Assembly: GCA_965216645.1 (NCBI GenBank)
Contig: CBDCGJ010000070.1
Span: 1 to 64,000 of the forward strand
Origin: Alphaproteobacteria bacterium
GTDB taxonomy: Bacteria; Pseudomonadota; Alphaproteobacteria; GCA-2731375
Direction: 5' to 3'
Length of the DNA stretch: 64,000 bases
In this document: piece after piece, positions 27,590-35,941 of the stretch
How positions within the stretch are numbered: the first letter of the stretch is position 1
Layout: the number at the start of each line of letters is the position of its first letter
Made by a program: the position numbers and the translations under genes
The notes under the pieces: model-generated
What the model was told of the DNA's origin: nothing
Database searches by the model: none
What the model saw: only the letters and a program-made list of their open reading frames with translations

Positions 27590-29011
27590 GTGGTTGCGAA
27601 CCGGGTCCAGATTGTCCGCGGCTATCTGAAATCCGGTGACGAACTGATTGCCGCCGGCGACTATGAGGGCGCGCAGGCTGCATTCGAGCGCGGCCTCGCC
27701 CAGTTTCCGGAAGCGCCGCGCCTGCATCTGCGACTCGGCCAACTGCATCTGCGGCACAACCGCTATGCCGACGCGGACCGCCATTTCCGCCGCGTCATCG
27801 AGACCGCGCCGCATACACCTTTCGGCTATCTCGGACGCGGCCGCGCCTTGGCCGGCCTCGGCGACCGGTCCGGCGCCGAAACCGTATTGACGGAAGGGCG
27901 GCGCCGCTTCCCGAAAGCCGCCAATTTCGACAAGTTGCTGGGGGATCTGCACGCCGCCAATGGTGAGTTCGATACGGCGATCGACTATTACGCCAGCGCC
28001 TTGGACAAAAACCCGGAGGATTTTTTCGGCTACCATGTCTTGAGTTCCTACTTAACGCGGTTGGGCCGCCGAAAGGAGGCGGACGCCGTTATTCATGCCA
28101 GAAACCGACAGGTCGAACTCTTCGTACTCCGGAACTGGCGTGAGATATTGGAGTTCCCGGAGGCTGCGGCGGACGACGATTTCTTTCAGCTCGGCGGCGA
28201 CTCGCTGAAAGCGGAGCAACTGCTGATGGAGATCGAAGCCCGCATCGGCGTCCATCTGCCGTTGGATGTCTTGCTGGACGCGCCGACGCCGCGACGCTTG
28301 GCCGCCAAGATCGATCCCATGGCGAAGCATGTGTTGCAGGATAGCGTGACCTTCAAGGATACGGGAAAACGCCCGGCTCTCATGCTTCTGCACAATCTGT
28401 CCGGCACGCTTATGCAGTACCGCGCGCTTTGCCAGTATCTGCATCCGAACCAGCCGGCGTTTGGATTACCGCTCCCCGGCTTCGCGCTCGAGAATGACGG
28501 CGACGACGGAAACGACCTCAGCATCGGCGCGCTGTCCGAGGCGCATCTCCGGATAATGACACGGATCGCGCCGCCGCCCTATGTCTTGTGCGGCCATTCT
28601 TATGCCGGTGTGATCGCCTTCGAACTGGCTTGTTGCTGCGCCGACGCGGGCATCTCCACAAAACTGGTTCTGTTGGACAGCTGGCCGCCCATTTCGGCGA
28701 CGGCCTGGCAAGAGGAGGAGGACGACGACGATTATTTGCGGAAAGTGAAACGGAAACTTACGCCCGCCGCAAAACGCTACCGCCCGCGAGAATTCGCCGG
28801 GGACACCCTGCTGATCACCGCCGACGAGCAGCCGGCAGCGCAACGCCGCGACACGATCGAGGGTTGGCGTCCATTACTGGCGGGACATCTGTCCGTGGAA
28901 ACCGTGGCCGGCAATCACACATCGCTCCTGTCCAGGCGGCACGCCAAGCACTGCGCCGAGGCGCTGGAACGCTATTTGTCCCGTTGGTCGGCCCCGCCGC
29001 CCGACACCTGA
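27590..29011 (+). CDS. TPR-repeat / peptidyl-carrier-protein / thioesterase tri-domain protein
   Basis: N-terminal TPR-like helices; FFQLGGDSLKAEQLLMEIEARIG is the phosphopantetheine attachment motif; GHSYAG (GxSxG), LLDSW and C-terminal AGNHTSLL define a TE-type alpha/beta-hydrolase domain. GTG start. Confidence 0.7.
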   Translation: MVANRVQIVRGYLKSGDELIAAGDYEGAQAAFERGLAQFPEAPRLHLRLGQLHLRHNRYADADRHFRRVIETAPHTPFGYLGRGRALAGLGDRSGAETVLTEGRRRFPKAANFDKLLGDLHAANGEFDTAIDYYASALDKNPEDFFGYHVLSSYLTRLGRRKEADAVIHARNRQVELFVLRNWREILEFPEAAADDDFFQLGGDSLKAEQLLMEIEARIGVHLPLDVLLDAPTPRRLAAKIDPMAKHVLQDSVTFKDTGKRPALMLLHNLSGTLMQYRALCQYLHPNQPAFGLPLPGFALENDGDDGNDLSIGALSEAHLRIMTRIAPPPYVLCGHSYAGVIAFELACCCADAGISTKLVLLDSWPPISATAWQEEEDDDDYLRKVKRKLTPAAKRYRPREFAGDTLLITADEQPAAQRRDTIEGWRPLLAGHLSVETVAGNHTSLLSRRHAKHCAEALERYLSRWSAPPPDT

Positions 29012-30441
29012 TCGCGTAGGCGTTGGCGCTGGATCTTGCCGGCGATCCCGCGCGGGACGGTTGGTATCCGGACAATCGAGGTGGGAACCTTGTAAGCGCT
29101 CAACCTGGTCCGGCAAAACCGTAGGATATCGATGTCCGCCAGGTCGGTCCCGGCCACCACGCAGGCGACCACTCGCTCCCCAAGTTTCGGATCCGGCAGG
29201 CCAAGCACGGCAACGTCGGCGATGTCCGGATGCCCGCGCAGCACCGCCTCGACTTCTTCCGGATTGACGTTGTTGCCGCCGGTAATGATCAGATCGCTGG
29301 CCCGGCCGCGGAGATGCAGATAACCCTCGTCGTCAAGCCGCGCCAGCTCCCCGGAATAGTACCAGCCGTCCCGGAAAAACTCGTGTCCCGTCGTGCCGGG
29401 ATCGGTAAACGCCGTGGCCATGCCGTCCATCCGGCAACGCAATCGGCCCGTGGCACCCGCCGGCAAGGGGCGATCTTCCTCGTCGACGATTTGAACCTCG
29501 ATACCGCCCGCCGGTCGGCCGACCGTATCCGCGCGATCGGCAATGTCGGCCGGTTGTAAGCAGGCGATAGTGCCGAAGCCGGAGGCGCCATATTCGTCAT
29601 AGAGATTGGCGTTGACCCGTTCGGCCAAAGCCCGCTTTTCCCGCCCCTGTAACGCCGAGCCGGTCAGCCATAGATATCGCAAGTCCGGCAGCAACGGCGC
29701 ACCCTCGCCAGCAATGTCGAGCAAGCTCCGCGCCTGAGTGGGGACAACGAAAATAGCGGTCGCCCGATGGCGCTCGATGGCCGCAACCAATTCCCGGCTG
29801 CGGTGAAGCGGCGGAAACAACACCACGGTATTGCCACTCAAAAGATGAAACAGGCAACAATTCCGCGTCGCCGTAAAAGCCATATGACCGGCGGACAAAT
29901 AGCGTTCGCCGTCGCCCCAACCCAAGGCCCGACGGGTAACGGCGTAGCGCGAGAGATATTGGCGATGGCTCAGCATCAGACCTTTTGGCCGACCGGTGGT
30001 ACCGGAGGTTACATTGATGACGAAAGGAACATCGTCGTCGAACTCGCTCGGCGCCGCCGCAGATTGGTCACGCAATATCCCTTCGTCGAAATCGATCCGG
30101 CGAACGCGGAACTGCCGGTCCGGCAAGTCGCAAAGCACGGCGGAAATCGCGAACTCATCGATCTGCGCGTCGATTTCCGCCGGTTGCGCGCGCCAGTCGA
30201 AGGCGATCAACGTAGCGCCCCGGCTGGCCAGCCCGACGATTGCAGCTAGATGTATAAAGTCGTCCTTCAAGCAAATGCCGACCCGGTCGCCACGCTCAAT
30301 TCCGTTGGAAGCCAAACAGCCGGTCGCGCGTCCAGCCAAGATCGACAGGTCCGCGAAATTCAGGCTCCGCTCCCGATCGCATAAGGCGGGATGGTCCGGG
30401 CGGGATGCTGCCCAATCCAGAATCTCCGTTGCGACAGACAT
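28972..30441 (-). CDS. class I adenylate-forming enzyme (AMP-dependent synthetase/ligase, stand-alone A-domain-like)
   Basis: TSGTTGRPKG (A3), YGASG (A5), GELARLDDEGYLHLRGRASDLIITGGNNVNPEEVE (A7/A8), final K (A10). Convergent and overlapping by 40 nt with the PCP-TE gene. Confidence 0.8.
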   Translation of the reverse strand: MSVATEILDWAASRPDHPALCDRERSLNFADLSILAGRATGCLASNGIERGDRVGICLKDDFIHLAAIVGLASRGATLIAFDWRAQPAEIDAQIDEFAISAVLCDLPDRQFRVRRIDFDEGILRDQSAAAPSEFDDDVPFVINVTSGTTGRPKGLMLSHRQYLSRYAVTRRALGWGDGERYLSAGHMAFTATRNCCLFHLLSGNTVVLFPPLHRSRELVAAIERHRATAIFVVPTQARSLLDIAGEGAPLLPDLRYLWLTGSALQGREKRALAERVNANLYDEYGASGFGTIACLQPADIADRADTVGRPAGGIEVQIVDEEDRPLPAGATGRLRCRMDGMATAFTDPGTTGHEFFRDGWYYSGELARLDDEGYLHLRGRASDLIITGGNNVNPEEVEAVLRGHPDIADVAVLGLPDPKLGERVVACVVAGTDLADIDILRFCRTRLSAYKVPTSIVRIPTVPRGIAGKIQRQRLRDQVSGGGADQRDK

Positions 30442-30464
30442 CGATTGCGGTCCGTTTCCTCGAA

Positions 30465-31964
30465 CTATCCGTAAACCAGCGTACCGTCTTCCAAATCCGC
30501 GACCGGCAGGGTGTCTTTCTCCGTGTCATAATCCTGGCTGAAGACCCATGGCTCCCGATCGCCCTGTTTCGGCAAGATGTGAATTTTGCGCATGATATAG
30601 CCGGCGTTGAAATTCTCTTCTTCCACAAACGGCTTGGCCGGCATGTCCCGGTCTTCGGGGCGCAGCTCCGGGGTCACGATTTGAACCCCCTTCTCGTCCA
30701 TATGGTTGAGCAGGCGGCAGACGAATCCGGACACCAGATCGGCCCGCATGGTCCAACTGGTGCGCAGATAGCCAAAGACATGGGCCAAATTCGGCACGCC
30801 CGAAAACATGATGCCGCGGTGGGCCCAGCGCTCGTGAAGCCGCAAGGGCTTGCCATCGATGACGATATCGACATCGCCCAAGACGGACATGTTGAAGCCG
30901 GTGGCGGTAATGATGATGTCGGCCGGCAAATCACGACCCGACTGCAGTTTGATACCGGTTTCGGTAAAGGTCTCGATCTGGTCGGTCACCACCGAGGCCT
31001 CGCCGGCCCGTATGCTCTTGAACAGGTCGCCGTCCGGCACCACAGCCAGTCGTTGGCGCCAGGGCCGATAGGTCGGCGTGAAATGCGGATCGATTTCCGC
31101 CGCGTCGCCCAGATGGGCACGCGCGCCGGCGATCAGATCGGCTTTCAAGGACTCGGGTTCCTCGAAGGAGCGGCGGGCGATCTCCTTCTGATCGTAGAGG
31201 ATCTTGCGCCGCGTGATGTCATGGATGATGGCCTTGTCGACCCCCATCTCGCGCAGCATGTCCGCCGTCTCGTTGCGGTTGGGTGCGGCGTAGAAATAGG
31301 TGGGGGAACGTTGCAACATCGTGATGTGGGCGCAGTCGGCCGCCATCGCCGGAATGATCGTTGCCGCCGTCGCGCCGGAGCCGATGACGACCACCTTCTT
31401 GTCCCGATAATCCAGATCCGCCGGCCAGTTCTGCGGATGAACGATGGGTCCGGCGAAGCGCTCCGCGCCCGGGAAGTCGGGCGTGTAACCTTCGCTATGG
31501 CGGTAATAGCCTTGGCACATCCACAGGAAATTCGCCGTCATCTCGCACGACCCGCCTTCCGCCAGGTCGACGGTCAAGCGCCAGCGCGCCTCATCGCTCG
31601 ACCAATCGGCCGCACGAACCTGATGGCGATAGCGGATGTGACGGCGGATGTCCTGCTCGTCCAAGGCTTCGTCAAGATATTTCAGGATCTCCTCGGCGAT
31701 CGCGATCGGCGGCCCGGACCAAGGCTTCCAGCTGAACCCGAAGGTAAACAGGTCGCTGTCGGAACGGATGCCGGGATATTTGTGGGTCCACCAGGTCCCG
31801 CCGAACGTTTCCTGCGTCTCCAACAACGCGAATGTCTTGTCCGGACAGCGCTGCCTCAGATGATAGGCGGCGTCGATGCCGGAGATTCCGGCGCCGACGA
31901 TCAGAACGTCGAAATGTTCGGCCTCGTCTTCCGTTTCCCGGACGGCGTCAGGCGCGGCATTCAT
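30465..31964 (-). CDS. flavin-containing / Baeyer-Villiger-type (class B) monooxygenase
   Basis: GAGISGI (FAD GxGxxG), FGGTWWTHKYPGIRSD (BVMO/FMO fingerprint region), a second Rossmann motif GSGATA. Confidence 0.75.
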   Translation of the reverse strand: MNAAPDAVRETEDEAEHFDVLIVGAGISGIDAAYHLRQRCPDKTFALLETQETFGGTWWTHKYPGIRSDSDLFTFGFSWKPWSGPPIAIAEEILKYLDEALDEQDIRRHIRYRHQVRAADWSSDEARWRLTVDLAEGGSCEMTANFLWMCQGYYRHSEGYTPDFPGAERFAGPIVHPQNWPADLDYRDKKVVVIGSGATAATIIPAMAADCAHITMLQRSPTYFYAAPNRNETADMLREMGVDKAIIHDITRRKILYDQKEIARRSFEEPESLKADLIAGARAHLGDAAEIDPHFTPTYRPWRQRLAVVPDGDLFKSIRAGEASVVTDQIETFTETGIKLQSGRDLPADIIITATGFNMSVLGDVDIVIDGKPLRLHERWAHRGIMFSGVPNLAHVFGYLRTSWTMRADLVSGFVCRLLNHMDEKGVQIVTPELRPEDRDMPAKPFVEEENFNAGYIMRKIHILPKQGDREPWVFSQDYDTEKDTLPVADLEDGTLVYG

Positions 31965-31976
31965 CGATGATCTCCC

Positions 31977-32924
31977 TCACGTCCCGGCGGCGGCGCGCAG
32001 GACCGCGGCCGCCTTGTCGTGGGCGGCGACGCTGCGTTCGCAACAGCGGGTATAATGCATGAAGCCATGCAGGACGCCGTCGATCGTTACGCTTTCAGCG
32101 GGCACGCCGGCGGCATCGAGCTTTTCCTTCATGGCCGGGCTGTTGTCATGTAACGGGTCCATTTCGGCCGCCAATAACAAGACCGGCGGCAGGCCGCTTA
32201 GATCGGCGCTTAGGGCCGCGATACGCGGGTCTTGCCAATCCTCCGCCCGGCCGAGATAGGATCCCCGGAAAAACTTGCGCAAGTCCGGCCCCAGGCCGAA
32301 TTCACCGCCGCCATAGAGCCGCATGGAGTCGCAGTCGTCGCCCAAGCCGTAATTGCCGTAGATCAGGATCAATTGTTTCAGGAAGCCGGGCCGGCGTTGC
32401 CGGCAATCCATCGCCACACCGAGCATGATCGACGCGCCGGCGCTGTCGCCGCCGACCGCGACCATGCCTAGATCGAGATCCTGTTCCGCCGCCGCGCCGG
32501 CTTCGAGCCAATCGATCACCGCCTGCACGTCGTCCAACGGCGTGGGGAACTTATGTTCCGGCGCCAAATGATAGTCTATGGCCAGCACCGCCCAGCCGGA
32601 ACGGCTGGCGAGTTGCCGGCAGACATTATCGTGGCTGTCCAGGTTCCCGTAGACGAAGCCACCGCCATGGCAATAGAGAAGCAACGGCAGGGTGCCGGTC
32701 GCTTCCGGCCGGTAAAGCCGAACGCCGATCGGGCCGGCCGGTGCGGCGACCTGAAAGTTGCCGACCGACGCCATCGCCGGCACGTCCTCGTTCCAATATT
32801 TCCGGCCGCGCAGATAATGTTCCCGCATTTCGCCGATCGTCTCCACCGACGGCACCGGTCCGGGACCGTTCTCGGCATTCTTCTCGGCGGCCATCTTCAT
32901 GCCCGGACACATGCTGGCGGTCAT
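31977..32924 (-). CDS. alpha/beta-hydrolase-fold esterase (HSL/arylesterase family)
   Basis: HGGGF oxyanion motif, GDSAGA nucleophile elbow, and DPLHD...GVLHGF for the Asp/His. Confidence 0.75.
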   Translation of the reverse strand: MTASMCPGMKMAAEKNAENGPGPVPSVETIGEMREHYLRGRKYWNEDVPAMASVGNFQVAAPAGPIGVRLYRPEATGTLPLLLYCHGGGFVYGNLDSHDNVCRQLASRSGWAVLAIDYHLAPEHKFPTPLDDVQAVIDWLEAGAAAEQDLDLGMVAVGGDSAGASIMLGVAMDCRQRRPGFLKQLILIYGNYGLGDDCDSMRLYGGGEFGLGPDLRKFFRGSYLGRAEDWQDPRIAALSADLSGLPPVLLLAAEMDPLHDNSPAMKEKLDAAGVPAESVTIDGVLHGFMHYTRCCERSVAAHDKAAAVLRAAAGT

Positions 32925-33020
32925 CTTTTTCTCCCTTTGAATTGTTGAATTGGAACATTGGACTTCGATGGAATACCTGTCACATTACACCCAACGACGT
33001 ATCGGACAAAGGCAACGCGG

Positions 33021-33767
33021 ATGACCATCGGCAACGAAGACGAATTGGACGCCATGAAGCGGATCGGCGCCATCGTCGCCCGGATCCTGCGTCAGATGGC
33101 GGCGGCGGTGGAGCCGGGCATACGCACAGACGAGTTGGACGAACTGGGCCGGCAGGCGCTCGCGGTCGAAGGCGCCCGTTCCGCGCCGGAAGTCTCCTAC
33201 AATTTTCCCGGTGCCACCTGCATCAGCGTCAACCAACATGTCGCACACGGCATTCCGGGCGCGCGACGAGTCGAAGCCGGCGATCTGGTCAATATCGACG
33301 TGTCGGCGGAAAAAGACGGCTACTTCGCCGATACCGGTGCCACCGTCATGGTGCCACCCACCGACCCTACACAGAACCGCCTTTGCCGGGCGACGCAACA
33401 GGCGCTGAAGGCCGCCCTCACCCAGGTGAAAAGCGGCGGCCGGATCAATCAGCTCGGCCGCGCCGTCGAGCGTACGGCCCGTAAACATGGCTTCCACATC
33501 ATCGAAAATCTGGCCGGGCATGGCGTCGGCCGCTCCCTGCACGAGGCGCCTGGTCATATTCGCAGCGTCTTCGTGAAAGAGGACCCCCGGCGTTTCGAGC
33601 ATGGTCAGGTGGTCGCCATCGAACCCTTCCTGTCGACCGGGCCCCGCTTCGCCGAACAGCTGAAGGACGGCTGGACCCTGGCCATCGACAGGGGCCATTT
33701 TGCCGCGCAATACGAGCATACGGTCGTGGTCACGAAACGCGGCCCGCTGATCCTGACACGGGTCTGA
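33021..33767 (+). CDS. map: type I methionine aminopeptidase
   Basis: Metal ligands and motifs DLVNIDVS, GHGVG, EPF; 248 aa from the ATG at 33021. The upstream in-frame extension is not supported. Confidence 0.85.
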   Translation: MTIGNEDELDAMKRIGAIVARILRQMAAAVEPGIRTDELDELGRQALAVEGARSAPEVSYNFPGATCISVNQHVAHGIPGARRVEAGDLVNIDVSAEKDGYFADTGATVMVPPTDPTQNRLCRATQQALKAALTQVKSGGRINQLGRAVERTARKHGFHIIENLAGHGVGRSLHEAPGHIRSVFVKEDPRRFEHGQVVAIEPFLSTGPRFAEQLKDGWTLAIDRGHFAAQYEHTVVVTKRGPLILTRV

Positions 33768-34079
33768 CGACGGGCCGTCCTGAGCGCGGCCGGTCCCGCG
33801 CGGCGAACCGGGGTTTCTTGTCAGGGCTGCAAATAATCGCCCCTTCCACCCGCGAAAACTGAACATTGTCCAACCGTCCGCGATCGCAAGCGTAACCAAA
33901 TTATCGATCGAAATTGGTCGATCCCCTTGATTTACGATTTCGAGAGAAAAGCGCTATTTCTTACCGATTCCGGCGGCTTATTAACCCTAAAGGGTCAGAC
34001 CCTTTGATTTCCGTCCGGACCGGATTTCAGGTCGGATTGGTGGCTGGAAACGGGATCAAGAGTCCAAGGAGAATCGGCA

Positions 34080-34127
34080 ACAACACTGACCTATGTTTCA
34101 CGTGAAACATAGGTCAGTGTTGTTGTC
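34080..34127. repeat. perfect 48-bp palindrome with no spacer (centre CACGTG)
   Basis: CAACAACACTGACCTATGTTTCAC|GTGAAACATAGGTCAGTGTTGTTG; sits in a lower-GC intergenic stretch between map and the IS element. Confidence 0.9.
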
Positions 34128-34360
34128 CTAGTTGCTCCGGAACGATGCGCGCCGGAGTTCCAATGGACATAGGTAGGGCAAAGTCGTAGCCCCCGTCGAC
34201 ACCGCATGTTTTAGATATTCATGCCAGCTCGCGCTAGGCACCGGCTCCTCCATACCATTGCACCGCCATCATCCCGGAATCGCGAGGGCGATGTCCGGGA
34301 TCATTTCGAACGCCGAGCCCGTGACGATCCCGGACATCGCCTGCGGCGATTCCGGGATGA

Positions 34361-35758
34361 TGGGATGGACCTTTCCCTCTTTCTTTGTCTCAAATGACGA
34401 CTTCTATGAGCCAGAGAGACAGATTTGAAAGGAGAAAGGCCCATGACGGAGATTAAATTGTTGAGCATCGATTTGGCAAAGAACATTTTTCACATTCACG
34501 GGACCGATGGGGCGGGCGAGACGGTGTTGGAGAAGAAACTGCGCCGCGCCGCTTTGAAGCGTTATCTGGCGGCCTTGCCGCCCTGTCGCATCGCCATGGA
34601 GAGCTGCGGCGGGGCGAACTATTGGGGCCGCTATTGCCAATCACTGGGCCATGAGGTGGTGCTGATCCATCCGCGCCGGGTGGCGATGTTTTTGGGCGCG
34701 CATAAGAGCGATACGCGGGACGCCCGCGCCATCACCACCGCGGCCAGGCAGCCGGACACACGGTTTATCCCGGTGAAGACGATGACGCAGCAGGACCTGG
34801 GCAGCCTCTTGCGCCTGCGCGAGGGCCTGCTCGGCCAGCGCACCGAGACGGTCAACCGGCTGCGCGGCCTGTTGGCCGAATACGGCCATGTCTACCCCAA
34901 AGGCCGGGCCCGCTTCTGCCGCCAGCTGCCGCTTTGGCTGGCCGAGCTCGAACTCGCTCCGGCGCTCCTGCGCGGCCTGGAAATGCAGGCACTGATGCTG
35001 CTCGAGATCGAGGCTCAGATCCGCGAACTCAACGGCCTGATCAAGGCTCAGCTGAAGGCCGACGAGCGCGCCCCGTGGCTGCTTTCGATCCCCGGCATCG
35101 GCCCCTTGACCGCCGCCGCCCTCATCGCCGCCGTCGACGATCCCGGCCTCTATGCCTCGGCCCGCATGTTCGCCGCCTGGCTCGGTCTGGTGCCCAGACA
35201 GCACGGCACCGGCGGGCGCACCCGATTGTTGCGCATCACCAAACGCGGCAACGCCCTGATCCGCAAATGGCTGGTCCAGGGCGCGCACAGCCTGATCACC
35301 GTCGCCGGCCGCCAGCAACAGCCGCGCAACCGGCTCGAGGCCTTCATCATGCGCAAGCGCGCCGAAAACCTCAATCGCAACGTCCTCGCCGTCGCCGTCG
35401 CCAACCGACTGGCCCGCATCGCCTGGGCCTGCCTGAGCAAACAAACCAGCTTCAATCCCGCCGGCTGAAGCTGACCACCGCCACGCAACCGAAACCACGA
35501 ACGAAACGCAAAAGACCAGCAAAACACAGCAGAAAAGGACAAACCCCATTCACCGCGAGAAGAAGACATGGCAGGACCGAGACCCGGGTCAGGACGGAGC
35601 GTCATCGACCAAAAAAGGTCGTCGGGATGATTGTACCGACCCGGGCCGCGATCGACCCATTCCGTCCAGGGCAACAAAACCCGCAAACAGGACGAATACA
35701 TGAGCGTGGGTCAAAGCCACAGTTTCTTCTTGCAAATCCGGAAAGGTCCATACATGAC
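34361..35758 (+). mobile_element. IS110-family insertion sequence, copy A (~1.4 kb), inserted after a CCGGGATGA REP-like hairpin
   Basis: Boundaries come from comparing the three copies and from an uninterrupted paralogous target at 51200-51215 (GATTCCGGGATGAC|GAGAAT). No terminal inverted repeats; the right end is ...GGTCCATACATGAC. Confidence 0.7.
34443..35468 (+). CDS. IS110-family transposase (DEDD-type)
   Basis: 341 aa; MTEIKLLSIDLAKNIFHIHG and ...IPGIGPLTAAALIAAVDDPGLY match the IS110/IS621 transposase family. AGGAG RBS. Confidence 0.85.
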   Translation: MTEIKLLSIDLAKNIFHIHGTDGAGETVLEKKLRRAALKRYLAALPPCRIAMESCGGANYWGRYCQSLGHEVVLIHPRRVAMFLGAHKSDTRDARAITTAARQPDTRFIPVKTMTQQDLGSLLRLREGLLGQRTETVNRLRGLLAEYGHVYPKGRARFCRQLPLWLAELELAPALLRGLEMQALMLLEIEAQIRELNGLIKAQLKADERAPWLLSIPGIGPLTAAALIAAVDDPGLYASARMFAAWLGLVPRQHGTGGRTRLLRITKRGNALIRKWLVQGAHSLITVAGRQQQPRNRLEAFIMRKRAENLNRNVLAVAVANRLARIAWACLSKQTSFNPAG

Positions 35759-35769
35759 GAGAATACAAA

Positions 35770-35905
35770 AGTTGATGACAAGTAAGGGCAACGCTGTGGC
35801 CGGGATGACAAATAGGGGCTGCGCTTCCGACGGGATGACAAGTTAGGGCGGCGCTGCGGCCGTGTTGACGCGTACGGGACGCGCTGCGGCCGGGATGGCA
35901 CAGGG
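35770..35905. repeat. array of about four tandem REP-like units (GC(G/T)CTG(C/T)GGCCGGGATGACA, ~30-bp period)
   Basis: Units start at ~35788, ~35815, ~35845 and ~35876. Related hairpins ATCCCGGA...TCCGGGAT occur at 34262-34360, 48700-48735 and 51160-51215. Confidence 0.6.
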
Positions 35906-35941
35906 GGCTGGGCCGAGGCTGAGATAGCGGCAGGCGGTGCG

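Noticed and set aside
35770-35905. CRISPR-like spacing of ~25-bp repeats
   Set aside because: The units are nearly contiguous (gaps of ~5 bp) and belong to the same REP-like family that the IS110 element targets; this is a tandem REP/BIME array.
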